NCBI GenBank assembly: GCA_903835255.1
Contig: CAILMI010000046.1
Location: 17,156-81,155, forward strand
Length of the DNA stretch: 64,000 bases
DNA from: an uncultured Verrucomicrobia subdivision 3 bacterium
GTDB taxonomy: Bacteria > Verrucomicrobiota > Verrucomicrobiia > Limisphaerales > UBA11358
Direction of reading: 5' to 3'
In this document: in pieces, positions 60,525-64,000 of the stretch
Layout of the letters: every line of letters begins with the position of its first letter
How positions within the stretch are numbered: position 1 is the first letter of the stretch
The notes under the pieces: generated by a model
The model's input: only the letters and a program-made list of their open reading frames with translations
What the model was told of the DNA's origin: nothing
The model's database searches: none
Made by a program: the position numbers and the translations under genes

Positions 60525-63500
60525 GTGAATATATTGAGATTAGCGCTGGCTGGACGGCTGGATTCCCGGATGCTGTCGGGACAGCTTGCTCTCTTGCTTT
60601 GGACGCTGCTCCTGCCGGTGGCTGCCGTCCCCGCCGCAACGGTAGTCTGGAACGGGCCGGCTATTACCAATGCCTCGCTGTCCTGGTCTTCCGCCGGCAA
60701 TTGGACGGGCGGGCTGCCCGGGGGCGGGGATGACGTAAAGTTTTATGATGCCGGCGCCCTTCCTGGCATCAGCAATGTCAATAATACGGTTGATGCGGGG
60801 ATTCTGAGCCCGGTGGGTTCGCTCCAGTTTGGGAGCACGAATAATTTCCATACCACTCTGATCGGGAGCGGGGTGACCCTGCTGCTCACCAACAGCGGCG
60901 GATTGAACGTAGTCACCCCCGGCGATGCGAACCAGGGAGCTGCAGCCTCTGTGCGGGCGTTAACCAATTGGGTGACACTCACCGGCGCGGGCGGCAAGCT
61001 GGCGATCAGCAACAGCGCGGCCAGCGTGGTCGTTAACCAAGGATCCATCAGCAATATCGCCAAGTCATTCGCCGTACTGGACCTGTCGGGCCTGGATACA
61101 TTTACGGGCAATTTCAGCCGCATCGGCATCGGCACAATCACCTCTACCAATCCGGGGAACACGGCTCAGCGTGAGGCGGGGGGGTTGTATCTGGCCCGGA
61201 CAAATTATCTGACGCTGAACTATGCCGATTCTCTGGCCAATTATCTGACATCGGGCAAAACCAATGCCATTGAATTGAGTCGCAATCCCGGCAACAACGG
61301 CGGCTCAGTGAGCTTCCTTTATCTTGGAATCAGCAATGTCCTTCAGCTGGACAGCCTGAGTGCGGGGCTGGATAAGTCAGGCAATAATTCCACGCCGGCC
61401 AGCGGCGTGGTGGCTTTCAACCCGGGCATTACGAATTGGAATCCAGTGGCGGTCTTCCGAGGGGTGACCGGAGGTGTCAGCCGGGTGACCTGGTGGTCGG
61501 TGGGGGACGGCAATGCGAGTTCCTCCACTTCCAATGGCGGCCGGGGCACCAATGATTTCAGCAATGGAACGGTGGATGCCCTGATCAATGTGCTGTCGCT
61601 GGGCCGGGAATGTGACGCGGTCAACACGAGTTGGGCGGGACCGCACTCCGGCGTGTTCACCTTCACGGCGGGAAAGGTGGATGTGAACACAGTCTATGCC
61701 GGCAACCAGGCGTTCAACCGGCCAACCAGCGTGGCCGCCAGCTCCGGCACCCTGAATGTCAACGGACCCTCCGCCTTGCTCCGCGTCAACAGCGCCCTGA
61801 CGCTGGGTTACACCACGGTGCCCTACATCGCTGGAAGCGGGGGCAGCGGAACGAATGCCTGGCGCACCTCCGGCAATCTCATCGTGAATAACGGGGGTAA
61901 AGTCTGGGCCAACTCCGTGGCCGTGGGGGCGGCGAGCGTCACCAACACCATCCTCCTGAACTCTGGCACACTCATTGTCAGCAACGCGCTGGCCACCAAT
62001 GCCTCCGGACTCTTCCTGTTGGCCGCCACCAATTCGGTGCTGGGGCTGACGGTTCCGGCCTCCGGATCCCGGGCTGCTCTGGTTCAGACGCTGGTCACCG
62101 GGGGCGCCACCAATGTCATCCAACTCAACCCGCCGCCGGTCTTTTTTGGATCCTATCCCGCGCAGGGGGTGCTCTTGAAATACACCACGCTTTCCGGTGC
62201 GGGATTTAATTTTGGTTTGACCAATCGGCCCGGGTGGGCATGGGACGTGTTGCTTTCGAATAATATCGCAAACGGCTCCCTTGATCTTGTGCTGCCCACG
62301 GATCCGCGCCCAGGCACCACCGCTCCCGCGGGCTACAGCGGCAGTCCCGGCGATAGTCCCGCCTTCACCGCGGCGGCCTCCGGGGCGGCGCCCCTGTCAT
62401 ATCAATGGTGCAAAGATGGCGTGCCGCTGGTGGATGGCCCCACCGGCAATGGCTCCACCAATGCCGGGGCATCCACCGGCACGCTTGTTATCCAGAAGGC
62501 TCAGACAACGGACAGCGCCAATGCCCCTGGCTACACCGTGGTGGTCACCAATCTGTACGGAGCCGTCACCAGCAGCCCCGCTCTTCTGGTCATCAGTGCC
62601 GGGCCGGGTGCCCCGAGCCTGACGGGGCCGTCCAATCAGACGGTGATTCAGGGCGGGGTCGCGACTTTTGCCGCCACGGTGTCCGGATCTCCGGTGCCAA
62701 CGCTGCGCTGGCAGACCGGGGGAAGCGACATCCCCGGTGTCACGGCCTCCACTCTGCAGGTCACCAATGTCCAATATTCCGCGAACGATCAGCAGGTGTT
62801 TTCCCTCATCGCCTCCAACAGCGCCGGCAGCGCTGTTCGGAGCGCCACCCTGACAGTGATCGTGCCGCCGGTGGTCACCGTGCAGCCGACCAACCGGATG
62901 GTCACCAATTCGCAGGCGGCCTTCCTGACCGTGGCGGCCACAGGGGTGCCGGCGCCGGCCTATCAGTGGTATAAAAACGGAGTGCCGATTTCTCTGGGCG
63001 ACAATAGCACTGCCCGGAGTCCCACGTTCAGCCTTGCCAGCGCAGGCCCCAGTGATGCGGGGGGCTATTCCTGTGTGATCACTAACTTGGCCGGCGCCAC
63101 CAATAGCGCCAGTGCCACCCTTTCAGTGGTCTCCACCCTGAGCATCGCCACCCTAGCCCCCGTCAGCGGCCAGACGGGGACCTGTTATGATACCCCCCTC
63201 CGCATCACCTTCAGTCAGGTGCCAACGCTGCGCACTAACGGCGTCATTCGGATTTTTAGCTCCACTAACCCTGTTACTCCGGTGGACATCATCGATCTGG
63301 CCGTCACGGCCGCGAACGGCACTCAGCCGCACAGCCTGTTTCCGGGCGACAGCCAGCCTTTTAATTATTATCCGGTGGTCATCACCGGTAGCACCGCGAC
63401 GATTTATCCCCACGGCGGCGTGATGACTTCCAATCAGATTTACTATGTGACCATCGACTCCGGAGCTTTTGCCGACGCCACCGGGGCGTATTTCGCCGGC

Positions 63501-64000
63501 ATTCTGGAGACCAATGTCTGGCGGTTTGCCACCAAGGTGTCCGGTCCGGCGGATCCCGCCAAACCGGTGGTGGCGGCGGATGGCACTGCTGATTTTGCGA
63601 CCGTCCAAGGCGCGGTGGATTCGCTGCCCATGAACGCCGCCGGCGCTCGCCGGACCATCACCATCAAAAATGGCGCCTATTTTGAAATTGTGGACATCGC
63701 CGGCAAGACCAACCTCACCCTGTGCGGACAAAGCCGGGAGGGAACAATCCTCTATTATCCGAACAATGCCGGAATCGCTCCCGGCGGCACGACCCACGCG
63801 CGGATGACCCTCAAGGTGAATGCCAATGACATTGCGCTGGATAATCTGACCGTGTCCAACAGCACGCCGCAGGGCGGCGGGCAGGCCGAGGCGCTGATGA
63901 TTGAATCCTCCGCCCGCCGGTGCCTCGTTCACAACTGCGAAATCGACAGCCGGCAGGACACTCTTCTGGCCAACGTGAATTCTTCTCAGGGCTATTTCTA
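60525..64000 (+). CDS. Large secreted multidomain protein: beta-helix-like N-region, Ig-like repeats, pectinesterase (CE8) domain; 3' truncated
   Basis: Absent from the ORF track, consistent with no stop in the window (frame spot-checked, not fully translated). Signal peptide, YQWxKxG Ig motifs, then VVAADGTADFATVQGAVD, QAEAL and RQDTL in the same frame. Confidence 0.85.
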   Translation, partial: MNILRLALAGRLDSRMLSGQLALLLWTLLLPVAAVPAATVVWNGPAITNASLSWSSAGNWTGGLPGGGDDVKFYDAGALPGISNVNNTVDAGILSPVGSLQFGSTNNFHTTLIGSGVTLLLTNSGGLNVVTPGDANQGAAASVRALTNWVTLTGAGGKLAISNSAASVVVNQGSISNIAKSFAVLDLSGLDTFTGNFSRIGIGTITSTNPGNTAQREAGGLYLARTNYLTLNYADSLANYLTSGKTNAIELSRNPGNNGGSVSFLYLGISNVLQLDSLSAGLDKSGNNSTPASGVVAFNPGITNWNPVAVFRGVTGGVSRVTWWSVGDGNASSSTSNGGRGTNDFSNGTVDALINVLSLGRECDAVNTSWAGPHSGVFTFTAGKVDVNTVYAGNQAFNRPTSVAASSGTLNVNGPSALLRVNSALTLGYTTVPYIAGSGGSGTNAWRTSGNLIVNNGGKVWANSVAVGAASVTNTILLNSGTLIVSNALATNASGLFLLAATNSVLGLTVPASGSRAALVQTLVTGGATNVIQLNPPPVFFGSYPAQGVLLKYTTLSGAGFNFGLTNRPGWAWDVLLSNNIANGSLDLVLPTDPRPGTTAPAGYSGSPGDSPAFTAAASGAAPLSYQWCKDGVPLVDGPTGNGSTNAGASTGTLVIQKAQTTDSANAPGYTVVVTNLYGAVTSSPALLVISAGPGAPSLTGPSNQTVIQGGVATFAATVSGSPVPTLRWQTGGSDIPGVTASTLQVTNVQYSANDQQVFSLIASNSAGSAVRSATLTVIVPPVVTVQPTNRMVTNSQAAFLTVAATGVPAPAYQWYKNGVPISLGDNSTARSPTFSLASAGPSDAGGYSCVITNLAGATNSASATLSVVSTLSIATLAPVSGQTGTCYDTPLRITFSQVPTLRTNGVIRIFSSTNPVTPVDIIDLAVTAANGTQPHSLFPGDSQPFNYYPVVITGSTATIYPHGGVMTSNQIYYVTIDSGAFADATGAYFAGILETNVWRFATKVSGPADPAKPVVAADGTADFATVQGAVDSLPMNAAGARRTITIKNGAYFEIVDIAGKTNLTLCGQSREGTILYYPNNAGIAPGGTTHARMTLKVNANDIALDNLTVSNSTPQGGGQAEALMIESSARRCLVHNCEIDSRQDTLLANVNSSQGYF

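Overview
Bacterial chromosomal window, most likely Verrucomicrobiota subdivision 3 (Pedosphaerales/Limisphaerales-like). This is inferred from the H-X9-DG prepilin-type proteins, the ilvE-mcsA-mcsB-clpC order, the LpxC-FabZ fusion and the C-terminal ...FYR tag domains. Bases ~1-26,300 are a visibly more AT-rich carbohydrate-utilisation island. It holds a GntR/UTRA regulator with repeated 12-bp palindromic candidate operators, two pilin-like proteins, a secreted tagged protein, two DUF4185/DUF5005-like proteins, GH92, an esterase, an unassigned (alpha/alpha)6 hydrolase, an MFS porter, a ROK kinase, two long mannose-6-phosphate-isomerase-like paralogues and an aldolase/oxidoreductase/isomerase/kinase cassette. 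No SusC/D pair is present. The rest is GC-rich core genome (rlmI-like, trpS, tRNA-Phe, eno, clpC operon, rhamnose genes, acs, aroE, pilD, lpxA, lpxC-fabZ, glnK-amtB, xylulokinase, FKBP, DegP, DnaJ-class) and ends in a large Ig/pectinesterase gene that runs off the window. Non-coding highlights: a ~300-nt ORF-less group II intron derivative, a stand-alone ~110-nt structured sRNA candidate, a 48-nt two-hairpin RNA and modular TA-terminated MITE/REP repeat families. No CRISPR array, rRNA, transposase or prophage was seen. All family calls come from motif recognition by eye, not database searches.
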